Below, piece by piece: positions 47,978 through 62,300 of a stretch of DNA of 64,000 nt. The notes beneath the pieces were generated by a model. The model did no database searches. It had not been told where the DNA came from and saw nothing but the letters and a program-made list of their open reading frames with translations. The stretch comes from Calcarisporiella thermophila CBS 279.70 (lineage: Eukaryota; Fungi; Calcarisporiellomycota): NCBI RefSeq assembly GCF_041956535.1, contig NW_027192200.1, positions 391,477 to 455,476 on the forward strand, read 5' to 3'. Every line of letters begins with the position of its first letter. The stretch's first letter is position 1. Both the position numbers and the translations under genes were made by a program.

Positions 47978-49321
47978 ATGGCTACCAATAACCTGATCGA
48001 GATAGCTAGCAATGAGCAATTCAATAAGACGTTGGACGAGAGTAAGAGTGGCCTAGTGGTGCTGGATTTTTGGGCATCTTGGGCTCCCGCTTGCTTGCAG
48101 ATGAATGAAGTCGTCGGGGAGTTAGCAGCACAGCATCCAACTGTCACATTTTTAAAGGTAATGATTCTCAAAAGTCACCATTGCGCAGAATTGAATCTTA
48201 TTGCCTTTGCTCCCACAGATTGAAGCAGAGAATTTGGTAGACATATCGGAAAAGTTTGATGTTGCCGCCGTACCCTATTTTGTGCTGCTTAAGGTTTGAT
48301 CACTTCCACTATTGTGCTGGTTGACAAAATCTCAACGATTCCCTCTTTATAATCATGCTTCTAGAATGGGAAGACAGTTGAGAAGATCAACGGGGCCAAC
48401 GCTCCGGAACTCACCGCCGCCATTTCTAAACACTCTAAAGCTGTGCCGGCCACTGCTCCTGCCTCTGTTGCGCAAACACCTGAAAAACCTGCCACTACAC
48501 CTCGGGATCTTACGGCTCGCCTCAAGACCCTCGTTAATGCGGCACCTGTAATGGTATTTATTAAAGGCACCCCCTCACAGCCGCGATGCGGTTTCTCGCG
48601 GGAATTAGTGCAGATCCTCGGGGATTTGGATGTACGCTATAGCTCCTTTAACATTTTGGCTGACGAAGAAGTGCGGCAAGGTAAGCAATCTTGGATGAGT
48701 TGGCTTAAAACATGAGCTTTTTTTTTTCTTTCTTACCTCTGACCGATGTGCTAGGCCTGAAAACGTTCTCGAACTGGCCCACTTTCCCGCAGGTGTATGT
48801 CAACGGCGAGTTTATCGGCGGGCTGGACATTGTGAAGGAGATGCTTGAGAACGGGGAGCTGCAGAGCGTATTGCCCAAGGAAGAGCCACTCGAATCACGA
48901 CTATCTAAGCTTGTCAATAAAGCACAGACAGTGGTATTCATCAAGGGCACCCCCGCAACCCCTCGATGCGGCTTTTCCAGGTTTGCAGATGAAGCCAGCT
49001 GATAGTTTTTTTTTTTTGAGCATCGCTGACATGGATTTGGATTGGACTTGCTTAGGCAAATTGTCAGCATCTTAAACGAGAAGAATATCACGTACGACTA
49101 CTTTGACATCCTCTCGGACGAAGAAATCCGACAGGGGCTGAAAACCTTTGTAAACTGGCCAACTTATCCGATGCTTTTCCATAAAGGAGAGCTACTTGGA
49201 GGGCTGGACATCGTGAAGGAAATGGTAGGTGAACGGGATCACGCCCATCGATCGAACACATTGTAACCTTTTGCATATTTAGGTTGAAAACGGAGAGTTT
49301 GAAGAGGTTCTTAAGGCTTAA
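47978..49321 (+). CDS. GRX4: Multidomain monothiol glutaredoxin (Trx + 2 x Grx-CGFS; Grx3/4-PICOT type)
   Basis: Trx-like FWASWAPAC, then two Grx domains, each with FIKGTP..PRCGFS, WPT[FY]P and GGLDIVKE. Confidence 0.93.
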
Positions 49322-49776
49322 TGGCACATATAACATGCACTTGCTAGCATTTCATGTCTTGGATGTGCAAAATAACAAATAAAGATGGCACCCCCCCCTC
49401 TATTTGTATGATGATACATAATATAACATAATAAATCCCCATGTTGAGTGTCAAGACAGGTTTCCCTTCACTCAATCTTTTTTTTTAATCGAATTTTTTT
49501 TTGTACTCGACCCGAGTACAACAACTGGATTTCCTAGAATGCAACCTCGTGCCTGCATAGACCGCCAAGAAGTCTCTCAAAAATTAGGAACATCTCGAAT
49601 GCTAAAAAAATCTTATTAAATTGGATTCAGACCCACCCGTCTATTTTTGCCTTCATCATTACTATGTTAATGACATTCATTTTCCCGTAGACTTTCCTTC
49701 CGACATCTATGCATCATCGAAATCATTCAGACCCTATTCTCTCGATCCTACACATATTACTTCCCACGTTTGCATT

Positions 49777-52103
49777 ATGACTAAGAAAATTGCCATCGAT
49801 TCAACAAAACAGCCATCCTCTCTAAAGTTCCTCCACCATTTTCATCGGCATCACCGCGATCCCTCCAATCAGCATCCCGACACTGTGCTCTATACAGATT
49901 ATGTTATTCATTTCGCATATCCACCCAGTCCCGCTTCTCCGAGCGAAGAGGAGCACGCTATAAAAGCTTTGCGAAAACTTACGACGAGATTGCGTGCCGC
50001 GGGGTTGTATTATGAGGTGAGACAGAGCAAGAATGAGGGCAAATTGTATGTGTTTGTGCTGTGTCCGTGGAAGCGACTGAAGCAGGAAATTACAGATTCA
50101 AGGTATTGAATGAGATTACTTTGCTATACTAGACTTGTCTCTCCCAAGACACCGAACTAATTCAACCTACCATTGCACAGAATGAGAGACTGGCTGGCTG
50201 GTGTCAAATACCCCAATGACAAGGAGCTTACTCGGACTATTTCTGCGACCGAGTTAACGGAGGCCGACCGCCTCCGTCACATTTATTCCATTATTACTAG
50301 CCCCAGCAGTGAACATGGCGCGGGCGTTATCATCTCCCGTGAAACTTGCATTGAGAGTATCATGGCCCTTCACAACCGGCAGTTCAACCGGGCGTGGGTG
50401 CACGACTGGTCTCAAAAATACTACCTGAGCGACCAGGATATCCAACGGATACGGAGCCATTTTGGCGAGAAAATCGCCCTCTATTTCACGTTTCAGCAAT
50501 ACTATACGCTATGGCTCACGGTGCCGTCTATGGTCGGAATCTTGGCCTACATTTACACCGAGTTCTCCATTGCATACGCAGTGTTCATTGTGGCGTGGGC
50601 AATAGCGTTCATCGAGTTCTGGAAGTGGCGGGAGAGGGAGCTGGCCATGGCATGGGGCGTATATAAACACTCGTTGACGGAAAAGAGAAGGGCCGCTTTC
50701 TGTGAAACTCACCCACGGCGGGACATCCACGGTTCCTCAGTGCCCTGCTATCCGATATGGAAACGCTGGGCTACAAGATGCTTTACCTGGCCAGCGGTCG
50801 TGCTTGGTGCCTTCGGGTTTGGGCTTGTGCTTACGTTTGTGTTCGCCATGCAGGTGTTCTTTAGTGCGTATTACCAAGGGCCTTTATCCGAAGTCCTTGT
50901 AAGTAGGAAAAGTTAAAAAAAAAACGATTCATCATCCGTTGACGAGACTACGTGTTTAACTTTAATCTGGCCTCTCTCATTGAAATCCAGAACTACATTC
51001 CGGCCATGATTCAGTCCTCAGCGGTGGCCAATTCAAACAACAACTATCTCTGGTGGATGCGCAAATTAAACGATCTTGAGAATTTCGAGCTCGAATCCCA
51101 GTACGAGTATCACCTTACCATCAAAATATTTGTTGCCAAGGCCTTGACAAGCTACGTGTCCCTCCTGCTGTGCGCGTGGGTGTATATCCCGTTCGGCGAG
51201 CGCATCGGTCGCTCGCTGAACTCCTTCCTGACGACCCAGCACCGGGGCGTGGGGCCGGAGCGACTCCGTTCCATGCTGGTGTATTTCGTGCTGACCGGGC
51301 AAGTGATCCACTTCTCGAATCAGAAGCTGGTGCCGTTTCTCCAGCAGCTTGTCAGCGATGGCTTGCGCAAGGCACTGGATCAAGTGCGGAGGAGGAAGCA
51401 CGAGCATGACGACATGATGCACCCCTTGTCGGAGAATGAGGAGAATGTCACGGAGTTTATGCGTCGAGTCGAGAGAGAGGCGGCCCTTCCCGTCTATGAG
51501 GTCGAGGAAGACTACACGGAAATGGTGACCCAGTTCGGATATGTGGTGTTGTTCAGCGTGGTGTGGCCCTTGACCCCGCTCTGTGCGTTTGTCAACAACT
51601 GGATGGAGATGCGGAACGACGCCATGAAGCTTTGCTTGCAGCGTCGCCGGGCGCCTCCGCAAAGGGCCGACACGATTGGACCCTGGCGAGACAGTTTGAG
51701 TGCGCTGGCCTTCTTCTCGGCCGTGACCAACTCCTCATTCACCTACCTGTTCCACCCCAAAGCGGCCCGCGTCTGGACCTCTCCTCGCCCGAGCGTCCCC
51801 GACGCGGGCCTGTTTTTCGTCGTCCTGGTCGCCGAGTATCTTTATTTCGCCCTGAAATCGGTCATCCACCGGTTGTGGAGGGCACTGCCCTCGCCCGGAA
51901 GGGCCAATGCCAGGCGGATGGAATTCGAGTTGAAGGCCAAGTGGCTCGAGAAGTCCGAGGAGCGGCATGAGATGGAGAGGAAACTGGAGAGCAAAGGCGC
52001 AAGCGAGGTGAAAAGAGAACAGCCCAAAGGTGTTTGGATGGATGATGATGGCCAAGAAGAGCTGGGGTTGACGGTGGTCTATTCCACCTTTAAGAGCCAG
52101 TGA
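49777..52103 (+). CDS. IST2: Anoctamin/TMEM16 family protein (Ist2-like)
   Basis: DYVIHF, TEADRLRHIY, IRSHFGEKIALYF, FIEFWKWRERELA, DYTEMVTQFGYVVLFSVVWPLTPLCAFVNNWMEMRND, RADTIGPW. Confidence 0.92.
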
Positions 52104-52368
52104 TGCTCTGCTTGATATCACTGTTTTCTTTTCTTTTTTGCTGTTTATACACACAGCTCTTGCTCTTTCCCAACACGGGCTATGGAGCAAAAAGAATATC
52201 AAGACTATTTATTGACTATATTTTCCGTGAGCGAAGCAAAATAAAAGCACAGACTAGCATTGTACATATTTGGCCATATACAGAGTATGGATTTTTAAGA
52301 GGGAGGGATGGTCCCTCCCCCCCTCCTTCTCCAGTAGACCTGGGGCGGAACTTGCCCCGTACTCATCC

Positions 52369-54031
52369 CTATTTTTGCTCCTGAACCTGGAATTTAAGTC
52401 CTGCTTTATCCAGGCGCTCGACCAAGCTGGTTTCCGAGAATGCGGAAGAGGGAAGGTGCACTCCGCGAGGCACCTTGTCGCGCTCCAGCAACAGGGTGTA
52501 TGCGCATTGGACCGCGGACTGCGAGGTGATCACATATGCGGGTTCGCCGCCGTCCACGGTGGTGATCAGAGACCTGTTCAAGGTCGTGACGTCTTCCATG
52601 ACGGCATCACGCGTCTCATAGCCGCGGGTGAAGAAGACCATGTGCACGCGGAGGTTGGCGATCTCCTCCTGGGTCGGGCCCTGATGGGTGAACACGCCCA
52701 TGGTGAATTTCTCGGGGTGTTTCTTGAGAAGCGAGCGAGTGAAGGGCAGGAGCGAAAACAGCCCCACCACCGCGCCCAGGATCAGCATCTGCAGAATGTT
52801 CAGAAGGCTGGGAAACACGACATAGCCCATGTACTGCACGGGCGGGATGACCGGGGGCTGGATGGCCTGATCTTCTTCGCGCGGCTGGTGATTTCTCGCG
52901 TAAATGCGCTGGGAAAGCCAGACGATGATTGGGTCAAGGGGCATGGGAAGAACCCACCCCTTGACCTTACTCTCGTAGCGCGGCCACAGCTTGAGAAGGA
53001 GGTGGGGGCCCAAGTACTTGATCTTGGGGAGGCTCTGGTGCGCCCGCCTTAAGGTTTGAAAATGGGCGATGGGAGAAGCCATAAATTCCACTAGCCGTGT
53101 CCAGGAAGAATGAATCAAACCATCCAGAAAAGCTAGGAAGGAGCAGAGGTGGCGACTTACCCGCAGAGTAAAACGTGCCAAAGTGGATCGAGACTTTTTT
53201 TCTCTCGGTAATTAATCGGCAGTAAGATTCCACTTGGGTCGGTGTCCAGCCTCTCTCCTGAAAAGCGCGTTTAGCATAGAGAATGCCGATATCGGCCGGG
53301 ACCTGTTGAAAAGAAAAAAAAAACGCGGTCGTTGAGCCCCAACTGGTTCTAAAAAATCGAACGATCTTTCTAGACACAAATGAAGGGCAACTCACAGAAT
53401 CAAAAGCGCAACAGTGCACAATAGTTACGCCGGCGTTCTTGGCCTCCTCGTTGTATTTTAGCAACATGTTCGACACATATTGAGGTTCGCCTTAGCGGAT
53501 GAGCTCCAGATTAGCTACGTCTCCAATACAGAGCCTTAAAAAACCACTCACCTGTCACGTCCAAGTAGTCGCATTTTGCCTTGATACAGGCCCTTACCAC
53601 GGGTTCGCCCCAAAGTGCATAAGGGCCAACCGCATCGATGCAAACGTGGGAGCGACTAAAGATCTCTACCAGGCTTTTTTCGTCGTGGACATCCGCGATA
53701 AGGATATCTGGCTTCGGCTGCAATGTCTCCGCCAATTCATTGAGCTTGTTCATCGAACGGCCCGCGATAGCCCAACGAATAGGACGTTGCAAGGTGGAAC
53801 TAGTGCGCTGTAGCTCCTTACAAATATGCCTTGCCGTGAATCCGGTGGCACCAAACACGACTGATTTTCAAATGACCATGACAAAAGCAAGCATAGGAAT
53901 TAGTCCATTAAAAGATAGAGCAGATAGGGGCTATGAAACAGCTGCATAAGAGAGGAACCCATGGCAACTCGGCCATGGGTATGGATGCAAGGGTATCGAG
54001 CGTGCGTACCTATATCGAATTCCTTGACCAT
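52369..54031 (-). CDS. Saccharopine dehydrogenase-like oxidoreductase (SCCPDH family)
   Basis: MVKEFDI|VVFGATGFT, WAIAGRS, VGPYALWGEPVVRAC, YLDVT|GEP, CCAFDS|VPADIG. Confidence 0.88.
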
Positions 54032-55003
54032 GCTTCTGCTTTATGAACTGAGCGCGCTAAAAAAAATCACGAGAAAAAAGTTTCATTCAGATGAAAAAAG
54101 AAGCGCCTTCTGAAATATTGAAATTTGGATCCTGATACGTCAGTTCATTGCATAATAGGGGTTCATTAACGTTTCATCACGAAAAATCGCACGGCGTCTG
54201 CCCCTCAGGCCAAGCAGAGAGAAGCCAGCTGGGCAAGCGCTCAGCAGACGGCAAGGCCGGAAATCAGGGTGGCTTGATCAGCCCGCGTCTGGCATTTCCT
54301 GCCACCGGGGCCGGCCGTCGATTTGCAGCCATCAGCTTGGCCGCATTATCGATAGGAAAATTCACCGAGGCCACGGCAGAGCCTGCACTCTAAATTGGGC
54401 TCAATAATGCGGCAGATTTGTTTGCTCAGGCAGGACATACACGTCAATGGGATGCGTAAGCGCCGATTTCTAGAGATGCCAATGGTTCAAAAAGTCTGGC
54501 AAGTCTCGTTCCATAGCTTCAGCCCTGGGCGGGTGAACGCAGAGCGCTCGAATGTGCCGCGTTAACCAAGGTTGGGCGCAGCATCTTTCACGCAGGCCGT
54601 CTATTTCTATACCAAGCGCCATTTCACTGTCCGCTCAAGGGCGCGTATTTGCTGCAGCACAAGTGCTCGGGAATCATCGCTAGCATCAAGGGTGTGCGGG
54701 TAGCTTAGGGAGAGGCCGGCGGTATGGAGGCGGGCCAGAGGCTAGAAGCAGCAGAGGCGATTTTCCCACGGTCTGCTCTCCACACTCATTGGGGAGGATT
54801 CCGGGGCGAGCTCAACCCAAACGCATTTGAGAACCAGCAGGCCGTGGGGCAGTTTGGAGGGCGCAAAAAGCGGGGGAGCGGAAGCGGCCGGGTTTGCGAG
54901 GACACGCGCGACCGGCATTTTAGCAGATGGAAGCAGGAGGAATTTGCGCACGCCACTCGGACCCCTGCAATTCCCGACCCAAAATTTTTTTGGCCTCGAC
55001 TGG

Positions 55004-55010
55004 TATAAAA
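55004..55010 (+). promoter_or_regulatory. TATA box of GAPDH promoter
   Basis: TATAAAA about 135 bp upstream of the ATG, followed by a CT-rich tract. Confidence 0.6.
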
Positions 55011-55140
55011 GCAAAGGACGCCGGAGCCGCCCTTTTTCCCTTAGATTTATCATCTCATTCAATTGCCTCTCTTCTCATCTCTCTCAACCAAAAGCCATCT
55101 TTTTTTCTTCTTCTCTTGACGATTTTTCACGAATTCCATA

Positions 55141-56275
<1,135 letters not shown>

Positions 56276-56582
56276 ACGCCCCCCCTCCCCTCCCCTTCTC
56301 TGCAAAACCTATGCAAAAAATGTCATGACTCTATATCTTTCTATGCCTCTTGTTTATGCCTTTCCCATGTAGAAAAAAACTCCCTTTAAATTAAAATAGT
56401 TTTTTCCCTCAACCACCTTCTTCTAATCTCACTCTCGTGATGAGTCGTGTTTGTTTCAGACGGCTGTCAGCCAACGAAATCCAAGTGACGGCTTTTACGC
56501 GTTCAATAGTCACACCGTTGGAAAACGCACTTGCGCTCCCCTTGAATCCGAATCCAATTCTAGAACAAGCGCTGCAAGGCCA

Positions 56583-59444
56583 ATGGACTTTGCGTGCATA
56601 GTCTCTCAGTTCCGCGAGGCCCTTTATCGTCGCTCCCAGCGGAGATTCGAGGGAAACGGCGAGGAGCCCTTCCCAATCTCATGGTAATGGCATGACTTTT
56701 CCACCCAGCTCTATGCCCCGACTCTATTGACAAGTGGCTTCCCACCTGTGTCAGGACATGGGTGGCATCCAAATTGCTCGATCTCCTATTAGAGTATCCT
56801 TCGGGACTGACCAAATCGATAGTTTTATCTGAACTAGAGGTTCAGGTGAGTTGTCTAGCGGCCTCTATCAGTAGCCACATTCGTTATTGATTCTCTTTTC
56901 CTTTTTCCACCATTATCAGTGGGATGAGATCAGCGTGGAGTATCGCCGAGGGGTTGCTAAAAGTAGGTTTGCGCGCTCATCATTCCTGACATACTCTTAT
57001 GTTGTGTTTGCCGCCTGACTATAGAATTCGAAGCTATCGACTCTCTGTTTGAGGGCAACGTGTCGTTAGAAGGGTCATTTGAGGTCTCAGTTAATAGCGT
57101 GACAGAAATCCCCAGTACCAGAACATATATCCTTTTCCCCTTCCCCTCTTTTTTATCCTATCCCGCCATGGGCGACCGATCCATCGATGATCCTTAACTT
57201 CTTTTTTTTTACGTCTCTTTATGCTATGCGACGAAGAGAGCAGACACACGGTCGGAATGTATGTCCACCAAAAATACTACGAGCTGCTGAGGGAAGAGTA
57301 TCGACGGCTATTGTTTGAATGCCATGTTCGTTTGTTTTCCTTGCTTGCTTCCCCTTTGACCCCCTCATCTCCATATCTCCGTTACTAGCCACCGCGCACC
57401 ATTCGACTCACCTCCACCCGGTTATTAACGGGAACCCGTATCGAGCCTCGACTTCTTCCGACCGAATACCTGATATTTATGCTGGCTAAAGAGCGGGATC
57501 AAGCTTTTATTGAGTGCGAGCTTTCGAAGGATCGCCTGGTCGACATCCGACAAGAGGATCTACAGCAAGGACGGGAATATCGGTTCTGGCTAAAAGTAAG
57601 GCCACTAGCATTCTGAAAAGCCTACTTGTGCTCCTCTAGAAATGCTGAAGAGTTTGTCTGGCGGAATAGATTACCCACATCGATAGCGTGCAGCCTGCTC
57701 TCTCCCAATCGCATTTGAGAATGGTCCGCATTTTCGTGGCGGATATGGCCGGGACGGATAATGCTTTCTTTGTGCTGTGGGACGACCAGATCAAGATGGT
57801 CAATCTATTCAAGAAGGTATCCCCTCTGGATAGGAGTAGAGACGAAAAGGCCTCCCCCCTTAATGCTTGTATTCTTTTCTCGATATGTCAGGGCGATTAT
57901 CTCGGCCTATATAAGCCGTATATTGGACCCCAGTATCCTAGTTCTGGCGATGAATATGAAGACGCGACCATCCTCGAGTATGGGTCGGCCACCATTGTCT
58001 TCTGTCTTCCTTCGATGGTAACCCATTTCTTCTTTTATCGAGAGGATCCACAGAAGTATATCTAATGATGGTATAGGATTCCATGTTGACTCTTTCCAGT
58101 CAAAGTCAGCGGGACGGAACAGAACCCGTCCCACGCGATGATCAGGTTCGATGCATTCCACTTCTAGCCATGGGCAAGTTGCGGTTGAAAATAACCATTT
58201 TCTCCTCCCTAAAGGGCTACATGGATTGCAAACTCTATGCCGAACGCATTCTCATCAAAAACCTCAAACCAAAAATGTTGAACGTGACCCTGTTTGGGAG
58301 AATAATTGCTATGGCTGCAAATGTAATTATGTCACAGGATGGACGGCATAATGCTCCATGTTAGAGTGATGCTGAATGTATGCTCTTTATTTTTGTTTCG
58401 TTTTTCAGAACCCCATGGTCAGGGACGGGGCTTGCATGGATCGCTTTGCTATCAAACTTCAGGACGAAAGCGGTAAGATGACTTTCCTTGGACGATATTT
58501 CCAATTACTTGCTAAATCTCGAAGAAGGTAGTGGAGATGTGACGCTGTGGCAATCGGCCGGACATGAGATTTCCTCGTTTCGAGTGGGTCAGTACGTGTT
58601 GCTTGAAAACTTGACCACCTCCACCAGCCAACGCAGCGATGGGACCAAGCGCCTTTGGTATGTGAACGGCAGTCCGTTGAGTGGCACCAGGATACGGTGT
58701 GGTGAGGACCCAATCTTTAAGAAAAATTGGCCACTTGGGAGAGATTGAGCCCTCTCTTGTTTCTTTTCCTGCCTACAGTCAGCTCTCCAAAAGCAATCAT
58801 AGCGTCCTCCTTTTTGCGGGAGGTGCTTCCACTGGCGGAAGCCGGTGAGCACGACTGGATCACGGCCCGTGTATTGGTAATAGGATGGCACATAGGGCCA
58901 AAGGAAACCCTCCCCCCCACGGACGGCATAGAGGAAGACGGCTTGACCCATGAAGCCAAGCTGAAAGGAGATCTGGAGGGAGTTCAGGTGGTGGAACGAG
59001 CAGTGCAAAACTGCCGTAAGTATCTTACCAGGGGTTTCCGAAGCAGAGTCTAAAGGCTGACGCTTCTCTTTCCACTGGGTAGATCTCCGGTGCAAGCATG
59101 CGCTCGAGCTCCGGACCCCCAATGAGCTTGAGCCGCCTTTCTTTTTTTGCTCCCACTGCCAGCTGAATATTAGGCCCGATTCCGCAGAGGAGATGGAGCC
59201 CCGGTTTAAGGTGTGGTGGTGTCTGGAGGATTCGAGCGAGCGTAGCTCTCGGCGTGTCTGGGCAAAGGCAGGAATAGGGGTAGCGGATGATATGGTGGGG
59301 CTTTCTGCGCAGAGCTTCCAACTGCTTCCCCTGCGGCAACGACTGGCGCGGCTCGATGCAGTGATTGGGAAGGAGTATTGGATTGGGCTGGTCGCTCTCT
59401 CGCTTGACTCGTCTGGCAGTGTAAGGCTTGCTTGCAATGAATGA
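56583..59444 (+). CDS. Multi-OB-fold protein of the Cdc24-OB (S. pombe Cdc24 / plant At3g17030-like) type, putative ssDNA-binding replication/repair factor
   Basis: Spliced motifs WTWVASKLL...YPSGLTKSIVLSEL, IDSLFE, MYVHQKYYEL, PRLLPTEYL, FVLWDDQI..NLF, LEYGSAT, PRDDQG.MDC, and a C-terminal Cys cluster. About 10 introns, including one AT-AC. Confidence 0.72.
57127..57212 (+). other. U12-type (minor spliceosome) AT-AC intron
   Basis: 5' site ATATCCTTTT, branch site TCCTTAAC at 57191-57198, 3' site AC at 57211-57212. Removal joins ...PSTRT-C-LFMLCD... in frame. Confidence 0.9.
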
Positions 59445-60531
59445 GGCCTCCGAAAAACAATACTAACTGCTCGTACCATAGCACTTATTTCGCATAGACT
59501 CGTGCCTCCCGGTTGGAAAGCCTCGTGCTGAGAACATAGCGGACGAACTGGATTCCTTCATAGATGGGTGAAGTCGGGTGGCTGTGGTCCTTATTATTTT
59601 TTCTTTCCGTCTCCCTCCGCCTAATTCCATCTCCCACTCATCGTGCTGATATGCTCCTTGTCTCCATGTCTTGTATATATACAATAAACGCAATAGATGT
59701 AAGAAGGACGGCGTTCACTTCACCTTTACTACCCGACGAGGCAGTGCGAGCCATCGCGAGCCCTGTGACCTTCTCTAGGGTTGCTCTAAGGCGATGCGTG
59801 TGGTTGAGCCCGCGTGGGTTCAGTGTGGAGAGCAAGGGCCAACTTGGAAGGAGCATGCGTCGCTTCGTGTGCAGGCAAACCTTATAACCGGGCGCGGTGG
59901 CAAATATGATTTTCAGCGAAAGGATTTAAGGATTTATGGGATCCAGAATTTTCTACGGAGAATTCGGCTCGAAACAGGGACTAGGAAGGTGGCGGAAACA
60001 AAATTGTCGGCGCAGGCGCATGCGCTGCCGCAAATGGCCATTATGTGAAAACCACGAGAAAATCAACTCGCGCTCCATACTCTCCTCCTCACCACCTTAA
60101 CCTCCTTGGATCGTGTGAAAAAATCCGCAAATCCTATTTTGCCTCCTTACTCCAATCTGACTGCGCCAGTCAAATCCTATCCTAGAGCTTATCACATTCA
60201 ACTATCGCCTCCCTTTTTCATCACCTCTGATCATCTCAAAACCCATCCACAGTTACGGTGGAAATCGCCCTTGTTACTGCCCGCGCTGCTTCTTTTGCAT
60301 TTTTGGCCCGTGTGTGAGGTTGCTTTAGCGTTCCATTTCCTCGTTATTAATTATTGCTCTTTGATTTGAGATAATCCCTTGAAATTGCAAGGTGTATTTT
60401 TTTTTTTGAGCAACGGTCCCCCTATTTTTCTTACTCCCTGGGTATCCTATTTCTTCTCCTAACCAGACTTGGCATTCTTTTTGTTTTCTTTCCAAATTGA
60501 TTGTTTACTCTGCGCGCGCAACAACTGACCA

Positions 60532-62300
60532 ATGTCTGCCGACATTGTCCTGCACCCTTCGTTGAATAGGATTCTGCAGCCGGCGCAGAAACAGGACCTG
60601 GATCGTCAGCTCTCTCTCATCTGCAGCTCTTTTTGCGACGCATGCCCTTCCGAGCGTCGTTTCGATGCGCTGCTGAGCCTTTATGAGGTGCTGATTTATC
60701 GGCAGAATGAAAAAGCCCTGCTGGAGGTAATACGAGAATCCTTTAGAGTTTAGAATTCCCCCCCCCCCCACCACTCCCTTTCTGGAGAGAATGGATCAAA
60801 CCTTGTCTCCCGATCCTTCTGTCGCGGCTTTATTCTGGAATGGGGAGGACTCGATGCTTTGGTTTTGATCATTTCGACTAATTTATGGTGCTGTCCTCTT
60901 TACTTTTCTATGATCCCATCAGGATGCCGCGCGTATTGCTGCCTTGTATCTTTTGCACGATTTATATTCAGAGGTTCCGATATATCGGAACCCATTTTTG
61001 ACCCTGTTCCTTGACCTTCTCGAGGGGGAGGGCCGCGTGGCCTCTTCGTCCGCTAGCACGGATGAAGCGGATGTAGAAAAGCGCGTCCTGCGTGTGATCT
61101 TGGGCGGTGAAGGGTCAAAAGTAAGTCTTTTCTGGCCGTTTTGTTTTGGATAATCCTATGGATATTGACGGGTGTTTCTTGCTAGTTGGCCGCGTTTTCT
61201 CCCACCCAGATACTAAGGAATCCGGAAATCCTGCCGACTCCCAAACAAGTGGATATTGAGAGACTCGAGCAAAGCGTAGCTAACGAAACCGAATTCTTGG
61301 GGTGGGTTGGCCTATTTGTGTTTTCCGTTGTCTCATTTATTTATGTTCTAACAGGCTCCCCGATAGCTCCGCCACTGGGCAAGCTGCTACCGATGGAATC
61401 GCCACGCAACCTGTGGTCGAAAATGTAAGTTGGTTGATCTCACAAAAACCCCGGGCATTGAATGGATGGGCTGACCTATTATTTGGATGGACAGAAGGCT
61501 TCCGCCGACGAGTCTTTGGATTTCCAACTGATGGAGAAGGCAATCCACAGCCCACTGTCAATACCGCAGAAGCAGGTGTGTGGCCATCGTGAGAGTGCAT
61601 CTACATCGGCGGTTTCCTAACGCTTTGTCCCTTTTTGTTTCTAGTATCTTGAACAGCAATTTCAGCAAAACGACGGGTTTGTCTTCCGGACAGGCTTAAG
61701 TCCCGAATGGCTCCCAGATCTGGTGACGAATAATCCGGACATTGCCATTCAGGCACTCTTACAGCTCATTCGCTCACCTCAAGCTACAGAGTAACTCCCC
61801 CATTGGCTCATGGACATCCATCTTCTCTCTCTAACGGCCTGTTCTTCTTCCTCAGGTATCTTCAGGCCTTGCTCACGATCCCGCTCTCCCTACACTTGAT
61901 GGAGGTTGTCAATTGTTTGACGCGTGCATGTGAGGTTCCACGCGAATTTCTGCATTTATACTTGAGCAACTGTATGCGCACTTGCGAGCGCACTGAGGAC
62001 AGATATATGCAGAATCGCCAGGTTCGCCTGGTGTGCGTCTTCATCCAGTCGCTTCTGCAACACGGGATCATCGACGCATGCCGCAGCGAGGAAGATGGCT
62101 ACTTCTTAATCGAGGTGCAGCACTTTTGTATACATTTTTCGCGGGTCCGGGAGGCGGCGGCCCTCTTCAGACTCCTGGTGGAGGTACAAAAGGCCGCCGC
62201 GGCAAATCTCGGCACCGGCGGCAATTCATCTGCGTCGGGTACAGGGGTATCTAGCGCAGGAACGCACTTTGGATCGTACGAGCCCCCCACGGCATTCTGA
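60532..62300 (+). CDS. CNOT11: CCR4-NOT complex subunit 11
   Basis: YLLHDLY...[82 protein letters not shown]. Confidence 0.93.

Noticed and set aside
57168-57197. ATG in good context (GCCATGG) as start of the OB-fold gene
   Set aside because: It terminates after 9 codons and lies inside the AT-AC intron. Conserved coding sequence begins upstream at 56583.
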